From assembly GCA_963764625.1 (NCBI GenBank), contig CAVXTH010000007.1:64001-128000 (forward strand): a DNA stretch of 64,000 nucleotides, given 5' to 3'. A program made the position numbers and the translations under genes. The DNA is from Candidatus Krumholzibacteriota bacterium (GTDB taxonomy: Bacteria > Krumholzibacteriota > Krumholzibacteriia > JAJRXK01). The notes under the pieces are model-generated. The model was not told the DNA's origin. It saw only the letters and a list, made by a program, of their open reading frames with translations, and did no database searches. Below are positions 39,330-52,517 of the stretch, piece by piece. The number at the start of each line of letters is the position of its first letter. Within the stretch, counting starts at the first letter, position 1.

Positions 39330-39881
39330 CTAGTGCTTGAAGTAGCGTTCGTGGACCCTCTCTCCGGTCGCGATATCGCTGCCGTACAGATCGATGTACT
39401 CCACTTTGGGGAGCGGCTTCCTATCCTCCAGGAAGACGTAGATCCTCGCGATATAGGCGGAATGGCCGTCGATCCGGGTAATCGCCATCCAGCGGTCCGC
39501 CACTCTCTCCACCCGAACCATGCGGTGGATGTTTGCCGCCATGTCCATGAGTACGGTTCCGTCGTCCAGGACCCTCGTCTTGAATCCGTAGGCCAGTTTG
39601 CGCTCGAGCAGATTCAGTTGTTGGCGCCTTCCATCCTCGGCCTTACGGATCCAATAGCTGATGATGGGGTTCTCTTGCTTCAGGCTGCCGTCTTCGTTCA
39701 AGACCGCGTCGTACTGCACAATGTTGGCGTTTTGGGACCGTTCGATGTCGAACAGATGCTGGCTATGCTCGGGCCATCCGTCATCAGCGAGGGCGGTCCG
39801 AGGCATCGCCACGCCGACGACGATGCACAAGAGCAAGATCGTCGAGAGGTGCGGAGCTTCTTCGTGTACATTCGCCGCCAT
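39330..39881 (-). CDS. Exported protein, DUF4833-like
   Basis: Signal peptide; LFDIERSQNANIVQYD, YWI...LN.LE..LAYG pattern, recalled for this family. Confidence 0.6.
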   Translation of the reverse strand: MAANVHEEAPHLSTILLLCIVVGVAMPRTALADDGWPEHSQHLFDIERSQNANIVQYDAVLNEDGSLKQENPIISYWIRKAEDGRRQQLNLLERKLAYGFKTRVLDDGTVLMDMAANIHRMVRVERVADRWMAITRIDGHSAYIARIYVFLEDRKPLPKVEYIDLYGSDIATGERVHERYFKH

Positions 39882-39883
39882 GC

Positions 39884-40360
39884 CTAGTCCTCTGCATCAT
39901 TCCCCAGAGAGATCTCGTTGGGCAGTTCGTTGATGTCCTTCCCTTCACCAGCATACGGGAAATGAGTGGAGAGGCGGTCGCCTATTTGTAGAATTGCCTC
40001 TCTCAGGGCCCCAGTATAGTCCCCTTCGCGAAATCGTCGGACGAGATTCTCCACGATCGAGTCCCAGAAACCCTCTTCGACTCTCTCGTGGATTCCTCGG
40101 TCCCCCAATACCGCGACCCGCCGGTCGGCGATTGACAAATAAATGAGCACTCCGTTCCTCAATGCGGTCGCGGTCATCCCGAGATCCTCGAAAACGTCCC
40201 GACCTCGGTAGTAGGGATCACCACCCGGGCACTTTTTTTCCAGGTGGACCCGGATCTCCCCGCTGGTGAGCTTCTCGGCCGCCTCGATCGCCTCGACCAC
40301 GCTGGCCTTCTCATCCGGCCGCAAGAAGTCAGAGGGATTCTTGCCTCGTGAAACCAGCAT
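39884..40360 (-). CDS. TPM-domain protein (short form)
   Basis: AIEAAEKLTSGEIRVH, RNGVLIY, GDRGI and NELPNE; ATG 40360 just after the upstream stop. Confidence 0.85.
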   Translation of the reverse strand: MLVSRGKNPSDFLRPDEKASVVEAIEAAEKLTSGEIRVHLEKKCPGGDPYYRGRDVFEDLGMTATALRNGVLIYLSIADRRVAVLGDRGIHERVEEGFWDSIVENLVRRFREGDYTGALREAILQIGDRLSTHFPYAGEGKDINELPNEISLGNDAED

Positions 40361-40362
40361 TG

Positions 40363-41151
40363 CTACCAACCTCCACTGGCGCCGCCGCCGCCGAAGCCGC
40401 CGCCGCCGCCGATGAATCCCCCGCCACCCCCGAGAGCCTCCACCGCCGAAGCCGCCGCCGCGACCGCCGCCGCCGAAGAAGATGAACGGTCCTCCCAGCC
40501 CGCGGCGCCCGCGGCCTCCTCGACCGCCAAGGATCCTGACGAGAAAGAGGATGAGAAAGAACCACACCCCACCGGCAGGCCCTTTCCGTCCTTGTCTCGT
40601 CCACGATCTCCAAGACTTCGGCCCGAGCCCACGTACTCGCCCCGGCTCGCTGCCATGAGCGCAGAGACCCCTGCGCGGATCCCTCCCACGCGATCGCCTG
40701 CGCGAAAACGGGGCAAAATCTCGTTCTGAATGATCGAAAAGGCGGTCGCGTCCGTCACCACGCCTTCCAGGCCGTAGCCAACCTCGATGCGAACCTTGCG
40801 ATCTTCGGCGTAGATGGCAAGGAGCACTCCATTATCCCGGTCCTTGCGCCCCATCCCCCAGGCCTCGGCCACGCGATGGGTGAGGTCCTGGATTTCCTCT
40901 CCCTGCAGCGAACGGAAGATCGCCACCACCAGCTGATTGCTGGTGCTGCGTTCGAAGGCCGACAGCGAGTCCGCCAGGGAGCTCTCCTGCGTCGGGCTCA
41001 GCCAATCGACTCCGTCGTAAACGTAGTGCGCCGGCGGAGGAGGAATCTCGAATGAGTCGGCGCACACCTTGGCGGCGAAGAGCAGAATCATCGACCCCAG
41101 GACAAGAAATGGCGAAGCTGCGAGCGAACGCTGGAGTGTGCCGCGAATCAT
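40363..41151 (-). CDS. TPM-domain membrane protein with Gly-rich tail; contains two compensating frameshifts
   Basis: WGMGRKDRDNGVLL, RIEVGYGLEG, terminal GGGGFGGGGASGGW; the TM segment VWFFLILFLVRIL sits in another frame between about 40570 and 40430. Confidence 0.8.
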   Translation of the reverse strand: MIRGTLQRSLAASPFLVLGSMILLFAAKVCADSFEIPPPPAHYVYDGVDWLSPTQESSLADSLSAFERSTSNQLVVAIFRSLQGEEIQDLTHRVAEAWGMGRKDRDNGVLLAIYAEDRKVRIEVGYGLEGVVTDATAFSIIQNEILPRFRAGDRVGGIRAGVSALMAASRGEYVGSGRSLGDRGRDKDGKGLPVGCGSFSSSFSSGSLAVEEAAGAAGWEDRSSSSAAAVAAAASAVEALGGGGGFIGGGGGFGGGGASGGW

Positions 41152-41152
41152 C

Positions 41153-41746
41153 TCAGAACTTTACTTTTGGAGCTTCCTCGGCACCCGGCTCGGATTGGAA
41201 GTATTGCTTCTTCGTCAATCCAGTCATCCCCGCGATGACGCTGGCGGGAAAACGCCGAATCCGTGTGTTGAAGACGCGCGCCGCGTCGTTGTAGTGCCTG
41301 CGCTCGACGGCGATGCGATTCTCCGTACCCTCGAGTTGACTCTGCAGGGTGAGGTAATTCTGGTTGGCCTTGAGTTCGGGATAGCGCTCGACCGTGACCA
41401 AAAGACGTGAGAGAGCGCCGCTCAATGCACCCTGAGCTTCTTGAAACTTCTGGAATGCCTGGGGATCGTTCACCACGTCGCTGCTGAGACTCGCCTGGAT
41501 CTGCGTGGCCTTCGCCCTGGCCTCGATCACCGCGGTGAGTGTCTCCTGCTCAAAATTGGCCGCTCCCTTGACGGTCTCCACCAAATTCGGAATGAGATCG
41601 GCTCGTCTCTGATAGACGTTCTCGACCTGTGCCCACGAGCTTTCCACGCCCTCTTCGAGACCGACCATGGAGTTGTAGGTCGAGCAGGAAGAGAACCCGA
41701 CCAGCACCACGATGATGACGAGGATGAGAGGGAGAGACTTTTTCAT
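41153..41746 (-). CDS. lemA: LemA family protein
   Basis: YQRRADLIPNLVETVKG, ERYPELKA and LEGTENRIAVER. Confidence 0.93.
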   Translation of the reverse strand: MKKSLPLILVIIVVLVGFSSCSTYNSMVGLEEGVESSWAQVENVYQRRADLIPNLVETVKGAANFEQETLTAVIEARAKATQIQASLSSDVVNDPQAFQKFQEAQGALSGALSRLLVTVERYPELKANQNYLTLQSQLEGTENRIAVERRHYNDAARVFNTRIRRFPASVIAGMTGLTKKQYFQSEPGAEEAPKVKF

Positions 41747-41888
41747 GACGATCTTCTCCAAGAAAATTGAGAGCGTAAGTTCAGGGGATGGCGATTCATT
41801 CCGTATAAGGGATAATTCCATCTCGCGACCGCCGCACGGTGCGGTGCCGCTCGCGCATTCCACAGTTTCCCCATGGTATACTTTCTCC

Positions 41889-43037
41889 ATGCTGAATCGC
41901 GGAAGCAAATTCCTCATCGGAATCATGGCACTCGGCGCGTTGCTCTTCCTGTTCGGGCTTCGCGACCCGTTTCTGCCTCGTGTCGCCCCCTCGGACGCGG
42001 AGGGGACGATTCCGCGGCTCAGCCGTCTCGATTCTCCCGGATCGAGCCGTTGGAGCGATCGTCTGCTCGCCATCGAGGCCGAGAACCGCGATCTGAGGAA
42101 TCGAATGAGAGAGCTCGATTCGCTGCAAACGGTGCTTCGCGATCGTCTCGAGTCGGTCGAAGCGACACCACGCCTGAGGCCGCTGCAGGACTATTCGCTA
42201 CCCGATTCCATCGGCTTTTGCGGCGAGGTGATTTCTCTGGCCGATGCACGCGCGCGCGAGCGTTTCGAGCCCGAGTTCTACCGCCTCCTGGTGAATCGAC
42301 ACTGGTTGGTGGATTGGATGCACCGAAGTCGGGAAGTGTTCCCGCTCATCCAGGCGCGGATCGCCCAGGCGGGACTGCCCGACGACCTCAAGTACATTGC
42401 GGTCATCGAGAGCTCGCTCGATGCGAGAGCGGTCAGTCGCGCCGGGGCAGTCGGCTATTGGCAGTTCACTGGTTCGACCGGTCGCCGCTTTGGACTCGTT
42501 CACAACCGGAACATGGATCAGCGGAGGGATCTGGCCGAGGCGACCGACGCCGCCTTGCGCTACCTAAGAGAACTCCACAGGGAATTCGGCTCCTGGTCGT
42601 TGAGCCTGGCTGCGTACAACGCAGGAGAGAACCGGGTGCGCGAGGCGATGAAGAACCAAGGGCAGAGCGACTATCATCGACTCGTGCTTCCAAAGGAGAC
42701 CGAGGCCTATTGGTACAAGGCCGCGGCGGTCAAACTCTTCTTCGAGCACCCGACCGAGTACGACTTCGATTCTCCGGGAGAGCAATGGCGCGTCGTTCGC
42801 TGCGACACTCTGGTCGTCGCATTCGCACAACAGACGCCGATCCTAGAGGTCCTTGGCGATTCCGGAATGGACTATCGGGAATTCAAGAACTTCAACCCGG
42901 CGTATCGCCGGCCCCTGATCCCGGCCGGGAGACACCGGCTGGCGATCCCGCAACGCTACTCGGCCGCAATCTCTTCGCGCTTTCCCAAGGCCCGATTGGA
43001 GCTCAGTGAGGTGTCGTCCACATCGCCTCGGCCGTGA
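41889..43037 (+). CDS. Lytic transglycosylase (MltD-like SLT domain)
   Basis: IES catalytic Glu, GAVGYWQF, AAYNAG and ETEAY; N-terminal anchor plus coiled coil. Confidence 0.85.
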   Translation: MLNRGSKFLIGIMALGALLFLFGLRDPFLPRVAPSDAEGTIPRLSRLDSPGSSRWSDRLLAIEAENRDLRNRMRELDSLQTVLRDRLESVEATPRLRPLQDYSLPDSIGFCGEVISLADARARERFEPEFYRLLVNRHWLVDWMHRSREVFPLIQARIAQAGLPDDLKYIAVIESSLDARAVSRAGAVGYWQFTGSTGRRFGLVHNRNMDQRRDLAEATDAALRYLRELHREFGSWSLSLAAYNAGENRVREAMKNQGQSDYHRLVLPKETEAYWYKAAAVKLFFEHPTEYDFDSPGEQWRVVRCDTLVVAFAQQTPILEVLGDSGMDYREFKNFNPAYRRPLIPAGRHRLAIPQRYSAAISSRFPKARLELSEVSSTSPRP

Positions 43038-45024
43038 AGCTATCCTCTATCTGAATCGCATCGACGACATCCATGCCTTCGGCGACCCGGCCGATGATCG
43101 TGTAGCGTGCGTTCAGTCGAGGCTCGGGAGAGTGCGTGATGAAGAGCTGGCAGCTGCCGGTGTCCTTGCCGTTGGTGGCGATTCCCACCGTACCCCGATC
43201 GTACCGCGCAGGACTCCACTCGCTTCTGAGCAGATAACCGGCATCTCCCCATCCTGATCCGAGCGGATCACCGCCTTGGATGACGAAATTGGGAACCACG
43301 CGATGGAAATCGAGACCATTGAAGAATCCCGCCTCGGCGAGCCGGGCAAAACTCTCGCAGGACTGCGGGGCGATATCGTAGAGGAGATCGATGACGATCG
43401 TGCCTCTCTGGGTGTGGAGGATGAGTTCGCGCGCATCGCTCTCGGCCACCAGGGGAGGCTGCTTCGAAGAGCGTCGAATGGGCCGGACATCCATCTCGAT
43501 GTCCTCTACCTTCGGCAATCCAGCCGCCTGGCGTTCGGGCAGAATTTTCACCAGGGCATTGCGCGCCGCGACTCGCAACCGCCGATCACTGCTCTCATTT
43601 AGGACGTGGTTGAGAACCTCGCTGGCCCGTTTTGCTCGCAACTCACCCAGAGACATGAGGGTGGCCTCGCACACGTCCACGTTGTCCCGACGATCCCAGA
43701 ATTCATAGCAATTCAAAAGAGAATCGATCGCGCTCCTGACGTTCAACTTACCCAAATCCGTCGCGGCGGTGGTTGCCACCACCCAGTCGCGGTCCTTCAA
43801 CGAGGCCAGAAGAAGCGCGATGGCTTTTTCACCTCCCAGAGAGGCCAAGCCCTCGAGCGCGTGGGATCGAATCTCCTCGTCGAGGTGTTGGGAAAGCGCC
43901 GCGGCCAGAGTTCGAAACGCGTCGGCATCGGGGTGTTGGCCCAAGAGCTCGAGGCATTCGCTTCGCACCACGCCCGAAGAGTCCTCGAGTCCTCCGCGGA
44001 GTGTGGGTGCCGCCGTCTCCTGAAGATTCGCCGCCACTGCCGCGTAGGCCGCGAGTCTGACCACCGAGCACGAATCGCGGCACGCGGCGACGATTGCCGC
44101 GGGCTGCGGCACCGGAGCCAGTTGCTGCAGAGCTTCCAGGGCCGCGGCGCGCGCATGGAAGATCTCGTCGTCGAGCACGCTCAACAGCGCCGTGGATTGT
44201 GAGCGCGCACCCAGTTTGCCCAGACTGCGGGCCGCGTTCACCCGCACTGTCCACTCGCTCTCGTGCAGCCTCTCCGCGAGAGCGTCTTGGCCCACGAGCG
44301 CCAGCGGCGGGCCAATCTCCCCCAAGCCCCGCGCCGCGAACGCCCGCACCAGCCCACTGGAATGACTGAGAAGCTCGATTTCGCGCTTGACCGCTCGCTC
44401 GTCCTGAAATTTGCCCAGAGCGTAGGCAGCCCTCCAGACGACCGACTCCACCGGGTCGTGACTCGCGCGCAGGATCTCGTCCACCGTGGTGGAATCGGCC
44501 AGCAGAGCAAGACTCTCCAGCGCCTGCTCGCGCACCAGCGGATGGGGATGTGAGAGGCCGCGCATCACCTCGCCCGCGGTTCCCGGCTGATCGACACGGC
44601 CCAGGGCCAAAAGGACCTCGCCGAGGACTTCGGGAGAACCCCGTCGACCCGAACCGGCCATGAGTGAGAGCTCCTTCTCGACCCCCGCCAGGAGCGCCAC
44701 CGCGGACGCGGAGGTGGGAATGAGTCCCAGCGCGAAGGCGGCATCGGCGCGCACCTCGGGACGACGGTCGTCCCGCAGGACCTCGGCCAGATGGGGCACC
44801 GCTTCGGGCCGGCCGATGCGCCCCAGGGCCAGGGCCGCTTCGCGCCGTACCAGGTAGGAAGACTCGTGGAGATACGCGTAGAGGCTATCCCCGGGAATGG
44901 TCCGGGCGTCCTCCCAACGTCGGATGTCCTTCGTGCAGGCAGGAATGTCGGTTCGGGCGCAGGCCAGGAGCTGGGAGAGGAGCAGGGAGAGAAAGAGGGC
45001 GGACAGTGTACGTTGACACATCAT
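43003..45024 (-). CDS. HEAT-repeat lipoprotein fused to a cyclophilin-type peptidyl-prolyl isomerase
   Basis: Lipobox LLAC; many VR..AA.ALG repeats; FHRVVPNFVIQGGDP and GKDTGSCQLFITH. Confidence 0.85.
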   Translation of the reverse strand: MMCQRTLSALFLSLLLSQLLACARTDIPACTKDIRRWEDARTIPGDSLYAYLHESSYLVRREAALALGRIGRPEAVPHLAEVLRDDRRPEVRADAAFALGLIPTSASAVALLAGVEKELSLMAGSGRRGSPEVLGEVLLALGRVDQPGTAGEVMRGLSHPHPLVREQALESLALLADSTTVDEILRASHDPVESVVWRAAYALGKFQDERAVKREIELLSHSSGLVRAFAARGLGEIGPPLALVGQDALAERLHESEWTVRVNAARSLGKLGARSQSTALLSVLDDEIFHARAAALEALQQLAPVPQPAAIVAACRDSCSVVRLAAYAAVAANLQETAAPTLRGGLEDSSGVVRSECLELLGQHPDADAFRTLAAALSQHLDEEIRSHALEGLASLGGEKAIALLLASLKDRDWVVATTAATDLGKLNVRSAIDSLLNCYEFWDRRDNVDVCEATLMSLGELRAKRASEVLNHVLNESSDRRLRVAARNALVKILPERQAAGLPKVEDIEMDVRPIRRSSKQPPLVAESDARELILHTQRGTIVIDLLYDIAPQSCESFARLAEAGFFNGLDFHRVVPNFVIQGGDPLGSGWGDAGYLLRSEWSPARYDRGTVGIATNGKDTGSCQLFITHSPEPRLNARYTIIGRVAEGMDVVDAIQIEDSFTAEAMWTTPH

Positions 45025-45138
45025 GCCGAAGCTCCGTGGGGGCTACGCCGTGCAAGGCGACCCCGGGAGAGTAGACGGGGGTCGGACTCAGGGCAAGACC
45101 AGCTTGGAGCGCGATCTGCGCGGTGCTAGCCTCTCCGC

Positions 45139-45924
45139 ATGGAATCCCCTTCGACGCCATTCTCGCCAGAGGATCCTTCCGCATCCGCCGCGGTCGTGCG
45201 GCTGGATCTGTCCTACGATGGAAGCGGATTCCACGGTTGGCAGGTTCAACCCGGACTGAGGACGGTCCAGGGCGAGCTCATGAGCTGCTTGCAGAACCTG
45301 ATTGCCCTGCAGGGGATTCCCCCCGGAGCCGGCCGCACCGATGCGGGAGTTCACGCCCGAGGTCAGGTAGCAAGCCTTTGCTTGGCCGATATCTCGGCAT
45401 TTGAACGTCTCCATCGTGCCCTCCCACGCATGGTACCCGACGACATGGCGGTACGGCGCGTACTCCTGGCCGCCCCGGATTTCCACGCCAGACACAGCGC
45501 CAAAGGAAGGATCTACCGCTACCGCCTGGTCCTCGAGCGCGATCCCCTTCTGCGGAGGACTCACTACTTCGTCCCCAACGCGCTCGACCTCGACAAGATG
45601 AAGAAAGCCTGTGAGGACTTGCTCGGGGCTCACGATTACACGAGCTTTTGCAAGGCCTCTTCCCTGCAGGAAGGGAAAACGTGCTGTGACGTGCGTAGGG
45701 CTCAGTTCGATCGCGAGGGACCATCCATCGTCTTTACCATCGAGGCCGACCGCTTTCTCCACTCCATGGTGCGCACGATCGTCGGGACTCTGGTGGAGAT
45801 CGGTCGCGGACTTCGACCAGTGGACTCGATTCCGCAAATCCTGCATGCTTGCAAGCGCGAGCGAGCTGGACTCCTTGCTCCCGCGCACGGGCTGTGCCTG
45901 GAAGAAGTGGAATACTCGGACTGA
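45139..45924 (+). CDS. truA: tRNA pseudouridine(38-40) synthase
   Basis: YDGSGFHGWQ, GRTDAGVHA, FHARH and FLHSMVR. Confidence 0.95.
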   Translation: MESPSTPFSPEDPSASAAVVRLDLSYDGSGFHGWQVQPGLRTVQGELMSCLQNLIALQGIPPGAGRTDAGVHARGQVASLCLADISAFERLHRALPRMVPDDMAVRRVLLAAPDFHARHSAKGRIYRYRLVLERDPLLRRTHYFVPNALDLDKMKKACEDLLGAHDYTSFCKASSLQEGKTCCDVRRAQFDREGPSIVFTIEADRFLHSMVRTIVGTLVEIGRGLRPVDSIPQILHACKRERAGLLAPAHGLCLEEVEYSD

Positions 45925-45961
45925 TAGCCAAGAAGCGTTGTGACGCGAAGGAAGGATTTGC

Positions 45962-46606
45962 ATGCAGCTCTATCTGGAAACGGCTGATCCGCGCGAGCTC
46001 GGCGAAGCGCTGAGTTTTCGCGTCGTGGATGGCGTCACGACCAATCCGGCGCTCCTGGCGCGCATGGGTGGCGACCCCCACCTGCGCTTGAAGGAGCTCT
46101 GTGAGATGGTGAAAGGTCCGGTTCTGGCCTCGACGACTTCGCTGGAAGCCGAGGGAATGGTGGCGGAGGCCCTGGCTCTCGCCGACGTCCACGAACGTCT
46201 GGTGGTAAAGGTGCCCTGTCTCCCAGCTGCTCTGCCGGCGATGGCGGAGCTGGCGGAACGTCGCGTCCCGGTGGAGGCCACCCTGTGCTTCAGCTTGTGC
46301 CAAGCCCTGCTCGCCGCGAAGACCGGCGTTCACTTCATCTCGCCCATGGTGGGGCGACTCGACGAGGCAGGTCAGGATGGTCTGAACCTCGTGGGGAACA
46401 TTCTCACCGTCTACGATCAGTATCAGTTCAAGACACGCGTCATCGCGGGTGGATGTCGAACCGCCACTCACGTCGCTGAGGCGGCGCGCATGGGCGCCGA
46501 TGCGGCAACCCTTCCTTTGGATCTCTTGCGGGCTTTGGCCGCGCATCCTCTGAGCACGAAGGTGCAGCGGGAATTCGCCGAGAGCTGGCGCAAGGGACAG
46601 AATTAG
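45962..46606 (+). CDS. Transaldolase / fructose-6-phosphate aldolase family protein (TalC/Fsa-like), degenerate active site
   Basis: GVTTNP, VVKVP (Schiff-base Lys), TLCFS, SPMVGR and HPLS. Confidence 0.8.
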   Translation: MQLYLETADPRELGEALSFRVVDGVTTNPALLARMGGDPHLRLKELCEMVKGPVLASTTSLEAEGMVAEALALADVHERLVVKVPCLPAALPAMAELAERRVPVEATLCFSLCQALLAAKTGVHFISPMVGRLDEAGQDGLNLVGNILTVYDQYQFKTRVIAGGCRTATHVAEAARMGADAATLPLDLLRALAAHPLSTKVQREFAESWRKGQN

Positions 46607-46689
46607 CCCTTCGGATCGATCCACGGAACCCGCGCCGAACGGGGGCCGTAGAATTTCAAGGCCGCTCGAGCTCGCGTTCCAGGAGTGAT

Positions 46690-47964
46690 ATGAGTCAGAA
46701 GCGAATCTTCCCCTATCTCGTCGGTGGTTTGGCGGGCGCCAGTCTTGGGCTGGTGGTGATCCTCGCCGCCCTAATCTACGGGGTGGGACCCTTCTCGCAT
46801 CCCGCGACGAAAGAGAGCTCGACCAACCAGGAGAATCCCACTCAGTTGGGAGTGAGCGCGCCCACCACGCTGAGCCGAGTGGAAGAACCCGAGCTCACAG
46901 AGCGATCGATCGACGATGAGCGCCAAGACGCCATCGTCACCGCCACGCGCATTGCGAGTCCGGCCGTGGTCAGCATCACCGTCATCTACCATCAATTCGT
47001 GCGCGTCCCGACCGACCCTCTGGAGTCGTTCTTTCCGCAGGGCTTTGGACGCACCACGATCAAGAAGCAGCCCTACGAAATCCTCGGCAGCGGCGTGATC
47101 ATCGACAAACGCGGGTACATCATCACGAACAACCACGTCCTGGGAGAGTCGAAGGATTCGCGCATCTTCATCACCCTGTCCGACGGAAGACAATACCAGG
47201 CGGAGCTTGTGGGCCGATCCACCCACTACGACGTGGCTCTCTTGCGATTTTCCGAGACGGTGCCTGACATGCCAGTCGCAACCCTCGGCGACAGCGATGA
47301 ACTCGTGCCCGGGGAATGGGCCATCGCCATCGGTGCTCCCTACCGTTACCTGCTCGATGACCCCGCGCTGACCGTGACCGTCGGCGTCATCAGCGCGCTG
47401 CATCGAGACCTGAAACAGACACAGGATGAAGGTCCGACCTACCTCGACATGATCCAGACCGATGCCGCGATCAATCAGGGCAACAGCGGCGGAGCGCTAG
47501 TCAACCGGCGCGGAGAGGTCATCGGCATCAATACCTTCATCATTTCCGGTTCCGACGGTGGAAATTTCGGCGCCGGATTCGCCATGCCCATCAAGCGCGT
47601 CAAGTGGGTGATGAATGAGATCGTTCAGTACGGAGGTCTCAGACCCCGCGTCATCGGATTCGACGGCGTGGTGCTCGACAAGCGGCTGCGCTACATGCTC
47701 AAGCTCGACAGCGACATGACCGGGATCTACGTGGTGCGGGTCTATCCAGACTCTCCCGCGACCGAAGCGGGACTTCAGGTCGCGGATATCGTTCGCGCCA
47801 TCAACGGCCAGATCATCCTGCGCAAGCAGGATTTCACCCGCCTCATCTACGAGGCGCAGGTCGGTACCAAGCTCGCGCTCAAAGTGCAGCGCGGAGACCA
47901 GTTCCTGGATACCGTGCTCACCATCTCCTCAAATCCCCCGGCCGCTGCGTCGCCCAGCGACTGA
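46690..47964 (+). CDS. HtrA/DegP-family serine protease with one PDZ domain
   Basis: GSGVII, TNNHV, DVALL and QTDAAINQGNSGG; N-terminal TM. Confidence 0.92.
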   Translation: MSQKRIFPYLVGGLAGASLGLVVILAALIYGVGPFSHPATKESSTNQENPTQLGVSAPTTLSRVEEPELTERSIDDERQDAIVTATRIASPAVVSITVIYHQFVRVPTDPLESFFPQGFGRTTIKKQPYEILGSGVIIDKRGYIITNNHVLGESKDSRIFITLSDGRQYQAELVGRSTHYDVALLRFSETVPDMPVATLGDSDELVPGEWAIAIGAPYRYLLDDPALTVTVGVISALHRDLKQTQDEGPTYLDMIQTDAAINQGNSGGALVNRRGEVIGINTFIISGSDGGNFGAGFAMPIKRVKWVMNEIVQYGGLRPRVIGFDGVVLDKRLRYMLKLDSDMTGIYVVRVYPDSPATEAGLQVADIVRAINGQIILRKQDFTRLIYEAQVGTKLALKVQRGDQFLDTVLTISSNPPAAASPSD

Positions 47965-48021
47965 GATTCTGGGGCTCGCCCCTGGCGGCGTGGGCCGGCC
48001 TGTGATAGCCTGCCGCGCGTC

Positions 48022-49320
<1,299 letters not shown>

Positions 49321-49323
49321 GAC

Positions 49324-51695
<2,372 letters not shown>

Positions 51696-51699
<4 letters not shown>

Positions 51700-52517
51700 G
51701 CCGCGTACGCATAGGGGTTTTGCAGTTCCCCGGTCTCAACTGCGAGACCGAGACTCTGCGCGAGCTCACGCGCGCCGGAGTGGAGCCGACTCTCGTCCGC
51801 TGGAACGAGAGCGCGCCGCGTCTCGCGCGCTTTGCCGGCTTCGTCATTCCGGGCGGCTTCTCCTACCAGGATCGCATTCGCGCCGGCGCCATCGCCGCCA
51901 AGTCGCCCCTGCTCGAGGAAGTCGCGCGGGAGGTGGAGAAGGGCAAGCCCATTCTGGGGATCTGCAACGGAGCGCAGATTCTGGTCGAGGCCGGACTGGT
52001 GCCCGGGGAAGAGGCGGGGAGGATCGACCTCTGCCTCGCGCCCAATCGAGTGAAGGGCTGGCAGGGCTACCACGCGCGTTGGGTCTTCGTGAAGCCGCAG
52101 ACGGGCGCATGTTTCTTCACCGAAAAGCTGAGCGAACCGTTTCCCATCGTGGTCGCCCACGGCGAAGGACGATTCGTGACCGAGGACGAGATGTTGTGGA
52201 ATTCGCTGCGGACGAAGGGCCGCTTCGCACTGCGCTACTGCGACGCCGAGGGCAATGCACCGGCCGGATTTCCCCAGAACCCCAACGGCGCGCCGGACGA
52301 CGTGGCGGGAATGTCCGGGCTCGACGGCCAGGTCCTGGCCTTCATGCCGCACCCCGAGAGGGCAGCTCGCCTGTGGCAGCTTCCCGAGGACCTGCCCGGA
52401 CCCTGGGGCACGCGGCGCCGGGCCGCGGCTGGTGATCGGACCCGTTTGCAAGCCGAGGGGCCGGGTTGCTCGCTCCTCGCGGCGTTCCGTCGCCTTCAGG
52501 GGGTGAACGCGTCGTGA
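51696..52517 (+). CDS. purQ: FGAM synthase glutaminase subunit
   Basis: FPGLNCE, PGGFSY, GICNG, AHGEG, NPNG and MPHPER. Confidence 0.95.

Noticed and set aside
40379-40475. (GCC)n tandem repeats as a possible repeat element or array
   Set aside because: They encode the Gly-rich tail of the TPM protein
39884-40567. 227-aa ORF as a single gene
   Set aside because: It joins the frameshifted TM segment of the upstream gene to the real gene starting at ATG 40360
47965-48021. ZTP or purine riboswitch before purB
   Set aside because: Only 57 nt of intergenic sequence and no consensus
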